A stretch of DNA of 64,000 nucleotides from Bispira polyomma (lineage: Eukaryota): the NCBI GenBank assembly GCA_965649765.1, contig OZ287751.1:8866001-8930000 (forward strand), given 5' to 3'. Shown here one piece after another: positions 1-14,589 of the stretch; positions within the stretch are counted from its first letter, which is position 1; every line of letters starts with the position of its first letter. A model generated the notes under the pieces. That model did no database searches. It was given only the letters and a program-made list of their open reading frames with translations, and was not told where the DNA came from. The position numbers and the translations under genes are program-made.

Positions 1-914
1 TTTATTTTATTAGAGCTTACTGTGCTGAATTCAGATATGGAATGACATATTATGTATCTTCCATCTTGCCAGAGAAGTAAGACATTAAATGTATCCCCCT
101 GCAATCGGTCTTGAGTTGTGGTTTGCTTTGCTATTTACCATCTGCCCCCCAGTACTGACACCAGCATCACGTGCTCTGGTCATCTTTCTCTGTCAATGAG
201 AAACAGAAAAAAAAATTGGAAAATGTGTGGGTGTTCCACTTATGGTGGAGGCTTAGTCAATGTTAGTGTCACAAATAAGCTGGATTAGAATATGTTTTAA
301 ATATAAGAAAGTATCTAAGAAGAAACATAATGTAAGTTGACCTGTTTGACATACATAAACATGTCATAGATAACTAAGTTAGAACAACAGATTAATATCA
401 CTCCTTCAGTGGAGTGATCAAATTGATGCCTAATCATCTGTATAACTCAGCCAATTAAAACACAAAGTGTACCAGCTCTGAAAGACTTCAGCTTCAGGAT
501 GTCCTAGTCAAAGGTACATCAATAGTTTTGGCGGAAATGACGTCACACACCCCACATGCTTATAAGTAAGCAATGTATGACATAGCTTAAACGAATAATT
601 TTTTGTGTACATCTCTATGCCCTATTTAATGATTTTCTTCAAAATGATCTGCATGGGCAATTGGAATAAATCAAAATGAGTAAAAAAAAAAGTCTCACTA
701 GGGATGTTTATTTTCTGTTCATTGTATCCTGGAATCCACATCAAGTTACAGAAACTGACAATATTATTACACAAGAAAAAACGTAAGTGATTCTGACATT
801 AATTATGACATTGATTCTGATTTAAATATAGAAGATCTGTTTCAATCTGTTTAATCAAGTTTTAATTTTAAATCCTTTTTGTGTCCCTAAGTATTTTTAA
901 TAGTTATGTTGTAT

Positions 915-1400
915 TTTTACTTCCCAGTCATCAATTAGCTCAGACTTTTGGATGTCCCCTCCATCAAAGTTTTAGCTTTAAGCCCAACCAAGGATCTAAG
1001 ACCTTGTTATACCCCTGTGTATGGTTGACATTTTAGTTTTAGGTCACCAAATAAGCTTAGAACTTTAGATATCCTCTCTGTCATTGTCTCAACTTTCAGC
1101 CCAACCACAGGTCAATGTACATGTATGCCCCTGGATATTTTTAAAATTTTAGTTTAAGGTCACCAAATAAGCTTAGAAACTGATGATATTTTCTCCATTA
1201 AAGTCTCAACATTAATTTTTACTTTTATGTCCCTGAATAGTTTTGACAGTAATATTTTTTTTTTGTCAAAGTCTTCACTTTGAAACTAGCACAGGTCTGG
1301 GTCCTATTTGAGCCACTGACTGAATACTTTCTGGCAGCCTGGTTTTATTTTAGTTTAAGTTCACCCATAAGTTTAGTACTTCAGGACATCTTCCTTACCA
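915..1400. repeat. Degenerate ~116-bp tandem repeat, 3-4 copies
   Basis: ttttagttt(t/a)aggtcaccaaataagcttagaa recurs at ~1031 and ~1147, with degenerate copies at ~915 and ~1348. Confidence 0.7.
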
Positions 1401-4400
1401 ATAGTCCAGATAGGGACAGACAGGGCGCATACACTCAGATGATAATGATTATAATGATGCTGTGTCAGATTGCATGTCAGGTCCTGTTTTAGGGGTCATA
1501 TGGTGCAGTATGACTGGTCAACTGTAAACAGTAGTAGTTGTATGATCATAGTGTTTGTGACATGGATAAGTCACGTGTGATGTGTGATACCAAGAAGGAT
1601 AGAAATTAGTCACTAATTATCTGTGGGAAATATATATAACAAGAACAACAGCCAACTGACCATTATCTAGTTATTTATTTAAAATGTCCCATATTACATA
1701 TCCATCTGATGGGTCAGTTTGTCCCCAAAGTAAACTCGGCACCAGTCAAACCTTAGCACACTCATAAATTTCATCATCTTTAAGAAGCAGAAAAAAAATT
1801 ACAATTAGAGTAAATATTTGTCTTCTTTATATGGAAGATAAAAGATGTGTTTATAAACGTAATTTAACACATACTGGTGACGAGTCTGTTTGGTGCTAAG
1901 TTATCCTTGGTGACGGTGAAGGATTTAACTATATATATATGTTACAAGCAAACTGTGTAATCAGGCATTTCGCGAAATCCCTAAAAAATTTCAGTAATTT
2001 CGCGAAATGCCTGATTTACTTACACATTTCATAAAAATGACTGAAAATTTCTAGTAATTTTGCAAAAATACTATTTTTCAATTAGGTATTAAATGATTTT
2101 TACTTATAAAAAAATGCACAATTTTTAATATCTGAAATAAAAAACTCACTCTAAACCCCATCCATCTGAATAAATCTAACAGTCTTTGTCTATCTCCACC
2201 CTACTCTCCTATTTCTATGTATAATGCACTCATATCTTGGAAACCTTTGTGGGTTTTTTTGCCTTCCATGTAATTTATAACTCTTATTGTCACAAAGTGC
2301 ACTCTCCAATGTAAGAGCTTCTTCACTGTAATGAAATATAAATAGTAGAACCTTTTTGAGAAAAAGAACAGCAAACATTTATTTCATAACCCTTCCTTGT
2401 TACATCTCTGAACAAAAAAAAAATGTAAACTAGAGTTTGATTGATATTTGATATTGAGGTAAAAATAGCAAACCTCCTCATGGAAATGAAGTGATCTTAA
2501 TAGGAAGAAACGATAAATAACAATTAGTAATCAGTTATAAACCAGCAGATGTTTATTTTCCTATTTATCTCTCAGTTTTTTTATTGTTAATGATAATAAA
2601 TCTGGTGGATTTTGTGACCAAATTAACTCTGATAATTCAATATTATTATATCATTTCTAATCTGCTATAATCAGTAGCTATTTGTCATTTTATGTCTCTT
2701 TTCAGAATAATATGAAAGAATGTTTCCAAAATCATTTTCCACCTAGCACACTCTTTGAATTGGGGTATGAAATAGAAGTTAAGAATTTTAGAGGGTTTTA
2801 GCTGGATATACAACTGAATTTATACACACGTCAATCTTTGTTAGATTTTCATCATTGTTCCTCTGCAGCTCTTTAAGGTGTGATGTAATTCAAATTGTTA
2901 TTCCTACATATTTAATTATAACACTCAGGATTTACACTATTAACATCCTTATGTAGAGAAAAAAGGTGACCTCAGAATATTTACGAATCATAAATTGAAG
3001 ATAGATGAAATTAGGCAGAAAATGTCCTTTGAATATTTCATGAATAAAAAAGATAAAAATATTTTTTTAAGTAACACGATTCACAAGCAATCAAGTTTCA
3101 GCTCAAACTACAAATTTCGAAACATAAGTATAAACATTGTAAAAAAATCTAAGGTTTGAAACAAATAATATTATTTAGCTCTTTTCACTTTTAACATTAT
3201 AAATATGCCCTTAATGGCTTTTTAAAAAATAATGTTTTGAAGATAATTACATACTCTGGTGTCAATTATCTTTTGCATCTTGTCTTTGCCCCCCAAAAAT
3301 ATTTAGGCTTAAGATTTTATAGGAAATATGTCTCACTGAGCTGAATTCCTGTTTCTTTTTGGGCCTCAATTTCTTAAAGGCTTTTAGCAGCCAATGAAGG
3401 GCGAAATTGAATCAGAAAATCTCTTGCATACTTTTGGCTCTATATATGAAAGTCCTTAAATCTAATGTGCTGTGAATTTTCCCCACAGGAAATGGGCTAT
3501 GAATTCTGGGTCCCCTTTTAAAACTATCGATTAATCTCTGGGTGGGCTTTCTTTTGACATAGTACTTAATCTAATATCCACAAGACGTATGGGAAACTGG
3601 GGTGCACTTAAAGTGTTTGTGGGTGTCTGTGTGTGTGTGACTTAAAGTCATCACTTTAAGGGATCATAATATGGGGGGAAAGAAAGCCCCCTAAATACAG
3701 CAGAATAGCTTGTTAGGGTGGTTTTATTTTTTACAGAAATCTAATTTGTATCAGCATAATTGGTAGACACAGTAATGCCAGATTTGTATAGAATATATTA
3801 TTGTAATTAAGTTCAAAATTATATGGTGATCCTATTTAAGTTGAGGCTGATTTCTAGGCTGACTGCTATCTCTTTATTGCTATTTACAGAAAGTCTTATT
3901 CCTCTCAGCAAGTGTTGATAATATTTCTTTGCAAATAAAAAAGAAATGAGGTTTACTAAGAAGCGGGAACCCTGCTATAATTAGAAAGTTTATCGACAAA
4001 TGTCTATTTCTAGAAATAGAAATACAAGAAGAAGAAGATATTATATATCCAAGTGTATAAATTCCAAAAAGAGCCTCACTAGAATACGATGACTCGATCC
4101 AAATAAGATTAATAGCATAGAAATGTCACATAAAAGGGACCCAAATTAGTCCTAAAAATAGTCATTTTACATCGTGGCTTGGTTGGCCTTTTGGTTTGAC
4201 ATTGATTTCTGCTTGGGTCAGAGATAAAAATGCAAACATTGGTCCACTCTAAAGATTCCTTCTATCAAGATAACAATTAATTTGTTGTTTTTTTTTAATA
4301 CGGGTACAAAGAGAAAGTACAGGATAATGCGTATCAAAAAAAAAATAATTGTGTCCGTAATAAGTGATCCAAATAATGTTAGGTAAAACCTTTTTGGATG

Positions 4401-5840
4401 CATCTTCGGTCATCAATATTTTTTTTAAAAGCATCAAATATCATAACGTACGAGAAACCATTTAGCCAGCTTCCAACCAACAACCTTTTGAAAAATATTA
4501 ACATTATCAGACTAAAGGGCTTACAGACTGCCCACGGCATGGCACGGCAAAACAGTTTTTTAGAGATTTCTCCAAGGCCAATTCCATGGCGTATGAATGG
4601 AACCAGTCTGAAATTTCAATATATATTGTCTTGTTTCTTTTTCTATGTAGTTGTCGTGTTGTGGGTAGTCTGTAATGCTCTTTAGGGGTGTATTATTTTG
4701 ATCTCCGCCAAGGAGGATATGTTTCCATCATGCTATTCATGCGACTATTTAAACAATTTAAATAGTTGTAGCACGACGTGTCCTACATATACAACATAAA
4801 GGAGTATTAAAACATTGCAGTAAAAAAAAGCCGAAAAGCCACCTTCCAAGAAATGTGTTGTTCCTCAGTTTTTGCCACAACCATAGAGGCAATATATCAC
4901 CATACAGAAAAAAACGTCTGGGGAGGAGGGAAATTTGTTTATTTATCAATTATTTAAAAAGGAAGGAGCAGGCTATTTAAAAAAGACAAAAACAAAGAGA
5001 TGAGAGAAGAGGAGTGAAGAAGCTCAGTAAGAAAATCAATGCCAAGTACTGGTCTCCCAGAAAGAAAATAATCGGTCACCGATGCACCTGGGTTCCAAAA
5101 TCACTAAAGGGGGAGAGGGTTATGGAAAAAGCATATTGTGTTCCAGCACTAGGTAAAGACCACCACACTAAGATCCGACAACCCACCAAAAAAATGCAGG
5201 AAGAGCCACTCTTCAAATGGAAAAAACAACAAGACAATCCAAAACAATAGTCCCCTATGTTTGTGCTGTGATATATGCAGTCATCACGTGAGTGATAATA
5301 GGGATGGGCAGAAAAAGAAAGCACTAGAACCCATTTGTGATATCTGTGTTTGAAAAGGAAGAAATCCCAGGGATAAGGCAGGTTAATCCTGGGAATCCCA
5401 GACTACAACAAAAGCCATGGGTATGGGCGGCCAAAATAACAGTAAAGTGGCTGAATGTCAAACTGGGAGGGCCCAGGCCATCTATTATTAAGACGTGTTC
5501 CTGTGTCCCTTTAAATTTGGACAAAAAAACCTGACTGCTATTTTTATATATGGAGGGCAAATGTTCTCAAATTTGTGGAACTAAAACTGCGGACAAAATG
5601 TGGTCATTTCTCACGACTTCTATGTTTCATAAACATACTCAGCTGACCACATAAATTTGATTTAGTTCAATAACTGAAAGAATATTTGGGTGGGAGAAAT
5701 ATGTTGACAATTAACCCGCATTGTCATGCAAAAGAAGGCATAGCAAAAATTATTTGAAAAATGTGGGGTAAAGGTTACCGTGCCCTAAGTTTGTGCTTTT
5801 GTGTCCAGCTGTAGGTATGGACACTAGGTTATGTAATTTA

Positions 5841-5935
5841 GGTGGGGGTAGTGTGTGTGGGGTAGTGTGTGGGGGGGTAGTGTGTGGGGGGGTAGTGTGT
5901 GGGGTAGTGTGTGTGTGTGGGGGGGGGGGGGTTGT
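5841..5935 (+). repeat. G-rich simple repeat (GTGTGn GGGGTA)
   Basis: Direct reading; it produces the PTHYP repeat of ORF 5838-6068 (-). Confidence 0.9.
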
Positions 5936-6589
5936 GAAAGGAAATGAGTAGTGCTAGGGACACATACAATGCCTTTCTCTGAAGCTGATGTACAACCTTC
6001 CTACTGATACTAGCAAACAAACTGTCTCTAAAAATAAGCAGTTTAAAGCAAGAGAGAGGGAGAAACAAAGAACTGAAAGGAATGCTGTCAGTTTCATGTT
6101 GACAGCTGACTTCATGACTTCAGCAGTCTGTCAAATCAAGTTTCATTGTAAATTTTAACATCCATTGTTTGGTATTTGTATCCATGCTGAATCCTGGCAG
6201 TGTTTCAGTAAAACCACAAAAGTACTTGTTTTTGAAAAGAGTTCCCATATAGAAAAGATTGAATATTAGTGTGTATTAATTGTTGCGGTATTTAATGTTT
6301 GACATGTATGATTATCATTTGGATTTGCGATGTACTTAATAAAAATACATTTATCGTAAAATATGTACAAAGTTAATGTTGTACAGCCAATAACTCCATT
6401 GCGCTGAAAACATGATGCATGACCATACCAAAGTACATGTACCAAAATATTTTGACAGCTGAAGTTGAAACATATAAAAATAATATTTTTGCTGCAGTGA
6501 ATGTGAGTGTTTTCTCTTTTTCATACAGACCTGCACACTTGTTTATGTCTACAGATGTTTTATTTTATAGTTTACTTTCTCATACATAT

Positions 6590-7163
6590 ATGTGAGGATG
6601 TTCATTTCTGTGTTGGCTGTGTCATAAAGATGTGAACAGATTTTCATTTTTGTGTTTGCTCTATCATACAGATGTGAACAGATTTTCATTTCTGTGTTTG
6701 TTCTGTCATACAGATGTGGACAGATGTTTATTTTAGTGTTTGATGTGTCATACAAATGTGAACAGATGTTCATTTCTGTGGTTGGTCTGTCATACAGATG
6801 TGAACAGATGTTCATTTCTGTAGTTGGTCTGTCATACAGATGTGAACAGATGTTCATTTCTGTGTTTGCTCTGTCATACAGATGTGAACAGATGTTAATT
6901 TCTGTGTTTGATGTGTCATAAAGATGTGAACAGATGTCTATTTTAGTGTTTGATGTGTCATACAAATGTGAACAGATGTTTATTTTAGTGTTTGCTTTGT
7001 CATACAGATGTGAACATATGTTTATTTCTGTGTTTGCTCTGTCATACAAATATGAACAGATGTTTATTTTAGTGTTTGATGTGTCATACAAATGTGAACA
7101 GATGTTTATTTTAGTGTTTGCTCTGTCATACAGATGTGAACAGATGTTCATTTCTGTGTTTGC
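6590..7163. repeat. 42-bp minisatellite, ~13.5 copies
   Basis: Unit ttcatttctgtgtttgctctgtcatacagatgtgaacagatg. It explains the repetitive 14-aa-period ORFs on both strands (6549-7307 -, 6652-6921 +, 6934-7254 +). Confidence 0.95.
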
Positions 7164-8972
7164 ATTTGAGAAGAAAGGATGGAACCACTGCTTACCATTT
7201 ATTATAAATAATGTTAAAATTATAAATGTCCTCAAAATTATTGTACAAAAATAAATATGTACAACTATGAACAACAAATAAGTCACGCGAGGGCAAGTTG
7301 ATGTCATTTATTTGGTCAGGTCATATAACAGAGAAAATCGAAAACTTAACATGTTTTATTTACGGTTCTATCCAAAACACACAATCAACGAGGTTGTAAG
7401 TAGTATGTATATAATATATTTTAACTTTTTAACAGTTATACTCAATTATATTAAGCTGTAATAAAGAAGAATTGATGTAGAGTAATTAAGATTATACAAT
7501 TACATTTTGCAAAAAAAAAAAAAAAAATTAAATGCAGCAGCAACAAAGTGAATGATTGAGGTATTAGATTATTCTGGTTATTTTGCAGTATTCTGTTTTA
7601 CCTGCAATTATCGAAGTCAACGGCTAGACAATTTCACAGCTTTAACAAAACTCCTTATCAATCAACAATGCAACTCATTTTTGTCCAATTAGTTGCTGCA
7701 GTACCCAAACCTGATTGTGCGTTTTTTTGTCACGCAAAGGTCAGGTCATGTAGGCTATTAGAAGTAGACAGAGCTTACCTTTCAACCAAAACCTAACACA
7801 AACTTAAATCATACAGGTATTTCATATTTTATATTTGGAGTCAAAAATATTATCTTCATCCCTAAAAGTAGTATAACCTGTATAACAAAACTAAGATATA
7901 CAATGAAAATCTGCAGTTTGTCTTTTATTTTGAATTAGAGACACTGAAAATAATACTAAAGCTCACCACTTCTAACTTATGGTGATTTGTACTTTAGGTC
8001 AGTGTAATTATAGTTCAGGTGGAATGTCCTTAATGACCCCCCGGATGAGTAGAAGTGTGCAGCTTCATCTTTACTGCATGTGTCACGCCCTAGGGAGAAA
8101 TGGGCACTAGTAATGTGCACCTATAGGAGATTAATGATGCCAGGCAGCAATTCATTTGTATCATATTTTATGAAGTCAAGAAGGCTATTTGTTTTTTACA
8201 AATCTGTAGCCAACAGAAATCAGATAAAGGAAATTAGCAAGTAATTTCATTCTAGATTATTTTTTTTCTTATGTCTGTAAGCAACAGTTTGATATTTGAT
8301 GTACATAAGGTAATACAAAATTTGCAACACCGCAAATAATTCCATTTTTATATTAAAATTTGTAATTAGGGTTTGGACCATTAAGCTACAGTTTATTTTT
8401 TAGACATTGGGTTCGTATTAATACATTCTATGGTGACAGGAAAAAAACAGGCAAGAAAACTCATGTTGCAAAATTCATGTTGCAAAGAGAAAATGCATGT
8501 TGGAAAATGACCTAATCACTATTGATGCTAATATATTGATGAAGCTACAGAAAAAGTGACATAAAGCTACAAATCCCTAAAATAAGTAAAACTACCAATT
8601 CACGGTTGATTTTAGTACAATATTCTACTACATTTAGCAAAGCAAAGCTAAATCTTTATCAGTGGTAACTGTTAATAATGCACATGTTGAGTTACCTATG
8701 AACCTTTTCTGTTAATATCGCCCTAGGCACTACACCATAAAAAAACCTTTCTACAGGTAATTAACCTTGCTTGTTACCATTAATGACTCGGTCAAATGAT
8801 AAACCCTCTGTGTTCTATAATGTGGGATAAACATCCTCTCACTTTCAGAAACAGGACTTACATACAGTCAAACTTGTATGGGAGACCAACTATATTTCAT
8901 CATCTTGTTAGTTGTCGTTCTAAATCAATATATTTTGATCCAATGTAATAAGTTTCTATACATATTCTGATC

Positions 8973-9092
8973 CTTGGAGATCGTGTGGTTAGCACAGCAG
9001 CACCACGATTGTGGAACAGTCTGCCAATCAATTTGAAATGTTGCAATACAGTTTTGGACTTTTCAAAAATAATTAAAAACATACATATTTAA
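8973..9092 (+). mobile_element. L2/CR1-clade LINE ORF2 3' remnant
   Basis: Translates GDRVVSTAAPRLWNSLPINLK..., matching the G.R.FS.AAP.LWN.LP C-terminal motif of CR1/L2 ORF2. Confidence 0.75.
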
Positions 9093-12000
9093 TTTACTGT
9101 TTGACATGGTCCTCGTCTACAAGACAAGAGACAGTCTCCATTACATTAAGTACCACAAATATCTACAGAGACATGTCTACATTAGGCCTATTTAAAGCTT
9201 GTGGCTGTCAAGGGGAGTTCTGAAGACATTATAATCAAGCTAATGTTACAAACTATAAAACAATCTCCTTGGAAGTTTGAAAGTCAAGAAAAAAAAACAC
9301 TACTCCTTTTCTATTCCTCTTATCACAATTACACAGTGTATCCTCTCTGCAGCAGTTGTAGGACTCCCATTGACCCAGTCCAATATATCTCCCCACTACA
9401 GGAGTAAGCAGTGCCATTGTCATCTTCGCCCAAAGTCTACACCATTGTGTTGGTGGTGGTATTAACTAAACCAGACGTTGTTGTAGTATATGCTGTAGTT
9501 ATTGTGCAAAATATTTACCTCCATTCATCTGTTTTAATTAGATTTAGATGGAAAACTTAAATTTTTCATGCATACATCTTGAATAAATACCTTTTACCAC
9601 ACAATTTAAGTCATTTATGAATAATTGACAAGTAATTTAATTAACCAGTGTGTGGTCTTGAGATTGTAGTGTGGTTGTACTAGTGTGTGTATTTTTTTTT
9701 TACTTATGAATATTGCAAGAAACCACTGTTCATTTGTGGGTGGAAATTTATAACTTCGGTAAAGTTTAAGTATGGTTTTACAATTACACAGACATTGCAC
9801 AGACATTAGCGGGTATAATTAACTAAACCTTGCGAAAAAGGACCAAAAGCCTAAGGAATCTAAAAATCTAAAACCATGGAATTCAGAAATGAAAGCAGAA
9901 GTTATATTACAACAATATGACACCAGGAGACACTATATCAATACAAGAAGGATCCACCAAGCTTGTCTGGTGTCTATATTGTCTGGTGAAAAACCCTGAC
10001 ATTTACCTTGACTTTTTTTTATACTCAAGCCACATTTTTTTTTCTTATTTTAAAGAAAAGAGTTACTTGGTCTGTACATGACTTACATATGTATACACAT
10101 AGTATTTCAGGTTGCAATGTCTTGGCATTTGGGATTTGATTCATATCCAACCAGAAACTACCATCAGTGAATCAAACTTTCTTCGCAATTCTTGAGTGGC
10201 AAGAAAGAAATTGGAAAGCAGAAAGCTTGCAGACACAAGAAACCAATGAAGAGCCAGTCTCAAACTTATGCAAATGTATATGTGCTTATGATTATCAAAG
10301 TCATGTGATACAAAGTCATATGATCAAGTTTAATTTTAAATGCTTAAACTATGGAATAATTGTCACCTTTGCCGCTATCATAATTATTATAGCCAACCAG
10401 TCCTTTGATTACACTACATGTGGTCATATACTGCTTATGAACATTGCATCTATAGATTAATTTACATATAGAGCAATCAATAGATACAAAATAAATTAAA
10501 TTCATTTTGCAGTTTATAAAACAAAGCAAATTATATTTAACATAATTTCAAGGGAAAAATCAAAACTGTTAAATATATTCCTGAAATGCATATAAGACTA
10601 GTTTTTTCACAGCTGTTTTGAAATGTCTTTTGAAAGCTAAATTATTGTGAGCCATTTTCATATTATTAAATGACATCTAAATTTTAAGATTTTATAGCAA
10701 ACCACAATCAAGACTTTACTCCTCTTGACATAAAAGACATTTACATTGCTCTAATTTCCAGGGAACAGAAAAACAAGTAATCATATAAATAGAATTTAAA
10801 GAAAACCTGTTGAATAATTGAATGTTAAAATGGGTATTACAAAAAATCAATAACATATCCTTTGTATGGCATTTCATTCCAGAAAAACAAACGACTTAAG
10901 AAAGGATCAAAGAAATGCTTTGCTTCAGTTTATATTTGCTAAAGTGCTAGAAAAGATATTGTCGGAAAGTTTTTATTTTACTATCACCTTGCAAAGCAAT
11001 ACCAGTTTGGCAACCTCAAATTAGGAAAACCACTGTGTCGCAAAGAGCAAACAACACTCAGCTTTGGTTTTGGAATGGCATGAACCTAACCTATCAATTG
11101 ATGTCCTGTTTGGGCTTGTTTTGATGAAAAACAGAAGCAATTCTCCAACAAGTATTTAAGATACACTGCCAGAGACTTTAGATAAATACAATAAGGGTCC
11201 TGGATTCTGGATGTTGGGACTCCTTAAAGTACTTATTGCCATGGTAGTGTCGATCTTTAAGGCCATGGAAAACAATATCAAGCTTCAACAAGTGTCGTAT
11301 AGAAGGGAGGTGATAATATTTAAGTGAAGTACATGTCTCGATAAATTAAGGTCTGAACTTGCTTAAAAGTAAATCGTAAACTAAATCCCCACAAGGGCTT
11401 TTTTCATTAATTTTAATAAATTTCAGTACCATGATAAGTGAGGTCAAACATGCCATAGTTATTTTTGTTATGACTTGGTAAATAACTAGGCCAGAGGCCA
11501 ATAGATTATTTAAAATATTATTTTTAGCCAATCAAATTGGCTGAAACAAAAATTTAAGAATAAGAATATTTGAAAGTGCCAGCCCAGATCATTTTGGTAG
11601 TACCACTACGACACTGTCGTTGTTAAAATACTGGACAATTCATGTGAATATTTAACCATGACACAAAGTATGGTTCTTGTTTTCTAAAGCCTCCCCCCCC
11701 CTCCCGCCCAACAAACTTGAATAAAAGCAGTGATCCATCATTCTATTGTCATTATTTCTACAGCACAACAGGTACAATGGAGATATATCCCCCGTTTGTA
11801 GGAAACATATATTCAACAGACAAGTTAACAAGTTGAAGCCACATATTAACAGGGAAGAACCGTGTTAATAAACTCATTTGAAATCAATGCCTGGCTGCCA
11901 AGAACAAGACCTTCCCTGGAAGAAATGGATGGATGGAAGTGCTAATCTTTAATCTCCATCTTCACTTACAAACAAGACATCCAATTAATTAGGCCATCCT

Positions 12001-12944
12001 TACAGTCCTATCACCTTATTCATTTATAGCCTTCTGATAAATTGTAACCACCACCAGTTAATTAACACTGGCAATGAAGTCGGTCCTTTAGAAATGAAGA
12101 TGCCCATTAATCCTCCAATACACACCTGACAGAGATTGTTAATATACACCTGTGGGTTGTTTGGCTTCCTATATGCATGTGACAATTAATGCAATTTAGG
12201 GAAAGCTCTGGGGTACATTCATACTCTTCAAATTAACCCAATTTCTGCAAAAAAAAAGATTATGTCAAAACTGCCAAATGTAATCTTTACCTGTACTTTT
12301 GATAGTTCCTTTGAACCACGCTTTCAATGCTGGAAAGAGATACCCTAAGTCAGATTTGATAAGTTTGTCACTATAGGCCACTATAGGTAATACCATAAGC
12401 TGTTGATTCTTTTGAGGAGGGGATATAGACTCAAAGTTGTCCCGGATATTAAGTGTAGTAATGACTGATCATAGATCACCGTTAAAAATGCATTTTACCT
12501 GAGCAGAGTTAGCTGTGCCAATTCAGAATATCTAGAGTATCAACACTATAAATATATATGTATTTGGACCTTAATATTAAAAATGTTTACACTTTTAATC
12601 CTTGCTTTTACCCATATACATACATTTCACTAAGCTTATTCGTGACAAGAGAGAGGCTGAATCGGAAGCTCATTCTGACAAGTTGATTATTTTAAGTTTA
12701 AAAAACCCTCCAAAGATGGAGAGATTCATCGCTTTCAGAAATACCCAAGAAACTTCCAATTCTTTGAGCCACTTCAAAGTGACACTATATTATGGAATTT
12801 TTTTCTCCTCTTCTAACATACAACCATCACACTCTATTCTATTGATTACCAGTATGTCTGGCTTTCTCTCTCTTTATCGCCCAACACCAATAGATGCCCA
12901 TAATACGTGATCCTCCTCCCCTACCCCCTTTTTTCAAAAACCAG

Positions 12945-13235
12945 AGTCCTATATTCACCAAACCTCTCAGCTCAGAGTAAAATTCAACTGTAAGGACTCC
13001 CTGATATCTGGCAAGAGGGCAGATACATCCAACATGACTGTAAATTTTGAATTTAGTGTTGAAAGCTCTATTAAAATGAATGGTCACAAGTAAAGGTTAT
13101 TTCCAGGTACAGGGACTTCTATATAGTCTTCACTTGGTCTTAATTACAGGTTATTTCTACACACAGAGACTTCCACATAGTTTTCACCTGAGTGTCATCT
13201 TAGTTGAATTTGAGTTTATTTGGAGAATACTGGCC
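12945..13235 (-). mobile_element. Older inverted copy of the same Harbinger-like MITE family (another fragment at ~1-75)
   Basis: gctctattaaaatgaatggtcacaagtaaaggttatttccaggtac matches the reverse complement of the 21815 MITE interior. Ends in ggagaatactggcc+CAG. Confidence 0.7.
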
Positions 13236-14589
13236 CAGGAAAACACCCCTGTGTTTCTCTAAATTTAAGACCAACCTTATCTTTAATTTATTTTAGATAA
13301 AACCACAGCAAAAAGCATATACAATAAACTCTGCTAACCATGTTCCAGTTGTTTCAAAGTACAATTAAGGTCTTTGAATCGTTCTAATATTTATTGTTCT
13401 AAGAACCGTGGGCATGCACCCTGTATTTATGATATAACCCCAGTCAATTGTTATAACTGAATGTATCCAGTTGGAACTAGATGCTTCTTATGATGTACTT
13501 TATAGATCAACATCCTCTGTTTTAATATCACATTTTGTGCAAACCTAGAAAAAAAAAAACCACATAAAAAACTGTTTCCTTTTTATGTGTTGTTGTTCTA
13601 TTGTAAAATACAGGACACAATCTCACAGAGGAGCAGCATTTAATTAATGAATTTTTATTACAAGAAGAGATAATACCTGTTGTTTGGTGGCTAGAAGGGC
13701 TAAATCGTTTTATCTAATCTATAACAGGGAACCAAAATTACCTGTTCCCCCATTGTGTTTTTGAAATGTGCCATCCCGAATAACAAGGCATTTGTTTGTT
13801 TATAAAACAAAGTTTACCCTTTATTCTCATTTGGGTTTAATGAATAGGCCCTCTTTTGTTGCTGACCTGAACAAAATATCGATTTACAGTTTGATGCACT
13901 TTCAACCGTTAACTATCTCCACTTACACGTTTGAAAAAACTCAGACAGACTGGTTTGAATTAAAGTATCAATAGGAGTATTGTTAATAATAATTTTTGTT
14001 TTAAAAAAAAACCTTTCTTGTAGTTTGTAAAGTGGACTGAACCACTAAGGATGTATCAATAAAATGGTGACTGATTCTTAATCATTTATTGGACTTAAAT
14101 ATTTTACTATTACTTTCAACACTTTACTCCCCTCTACTGTTTTAATACAAATTTTAAAATGTTTTCTGTTTATTATTAATAATACACATTACCTATAGTT
14201 TTATAACAGTATACAATTACAACAAGGGCAGCAGACCAAAACAACCGGTCACATGACACAATGCATTGAACAATAAGTACAAAAAAACCACATTGGTACA
14301 ATAAAATTTTGGTACAAAACTGATTCTTTTTCCAAACTAAAACTATCTACACATCTACATGTATATTTTACAACATAATATCACATAAATCAACTGAACC
14401 ATGTGTATTTTTTTTGTATTTTTTTAAAGAAAAAACCTTCCTCAATACATAATTTACTTGCTTTTATTTTTTTTTGTCCCCATGTTTACTGGATTCTAGT
14501 TCACTCAATGAATATTACATCAACTGTCACCGCATTTATTCACCTCAGCGCAGATAATTTAATGTCCTGATCGTTAAAACTCCAAGAAA

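Noticed and set aside
6590-7163. CRISPR-like array
   Set aside because: Contiguous tandem units with no unique spacers, no cas genes, and a eukaryotic context. The same applies to 62601-62935.
6549-7307. 252-aa minus-strand ORF with 14-aa Cys/His repeats
   Set aside because: Explained by the 42-bp minisatellite: a period divisible by 3 opens frames on both strands. The flanks are AT-rich and non-coding-like, and no domain is recognisable.
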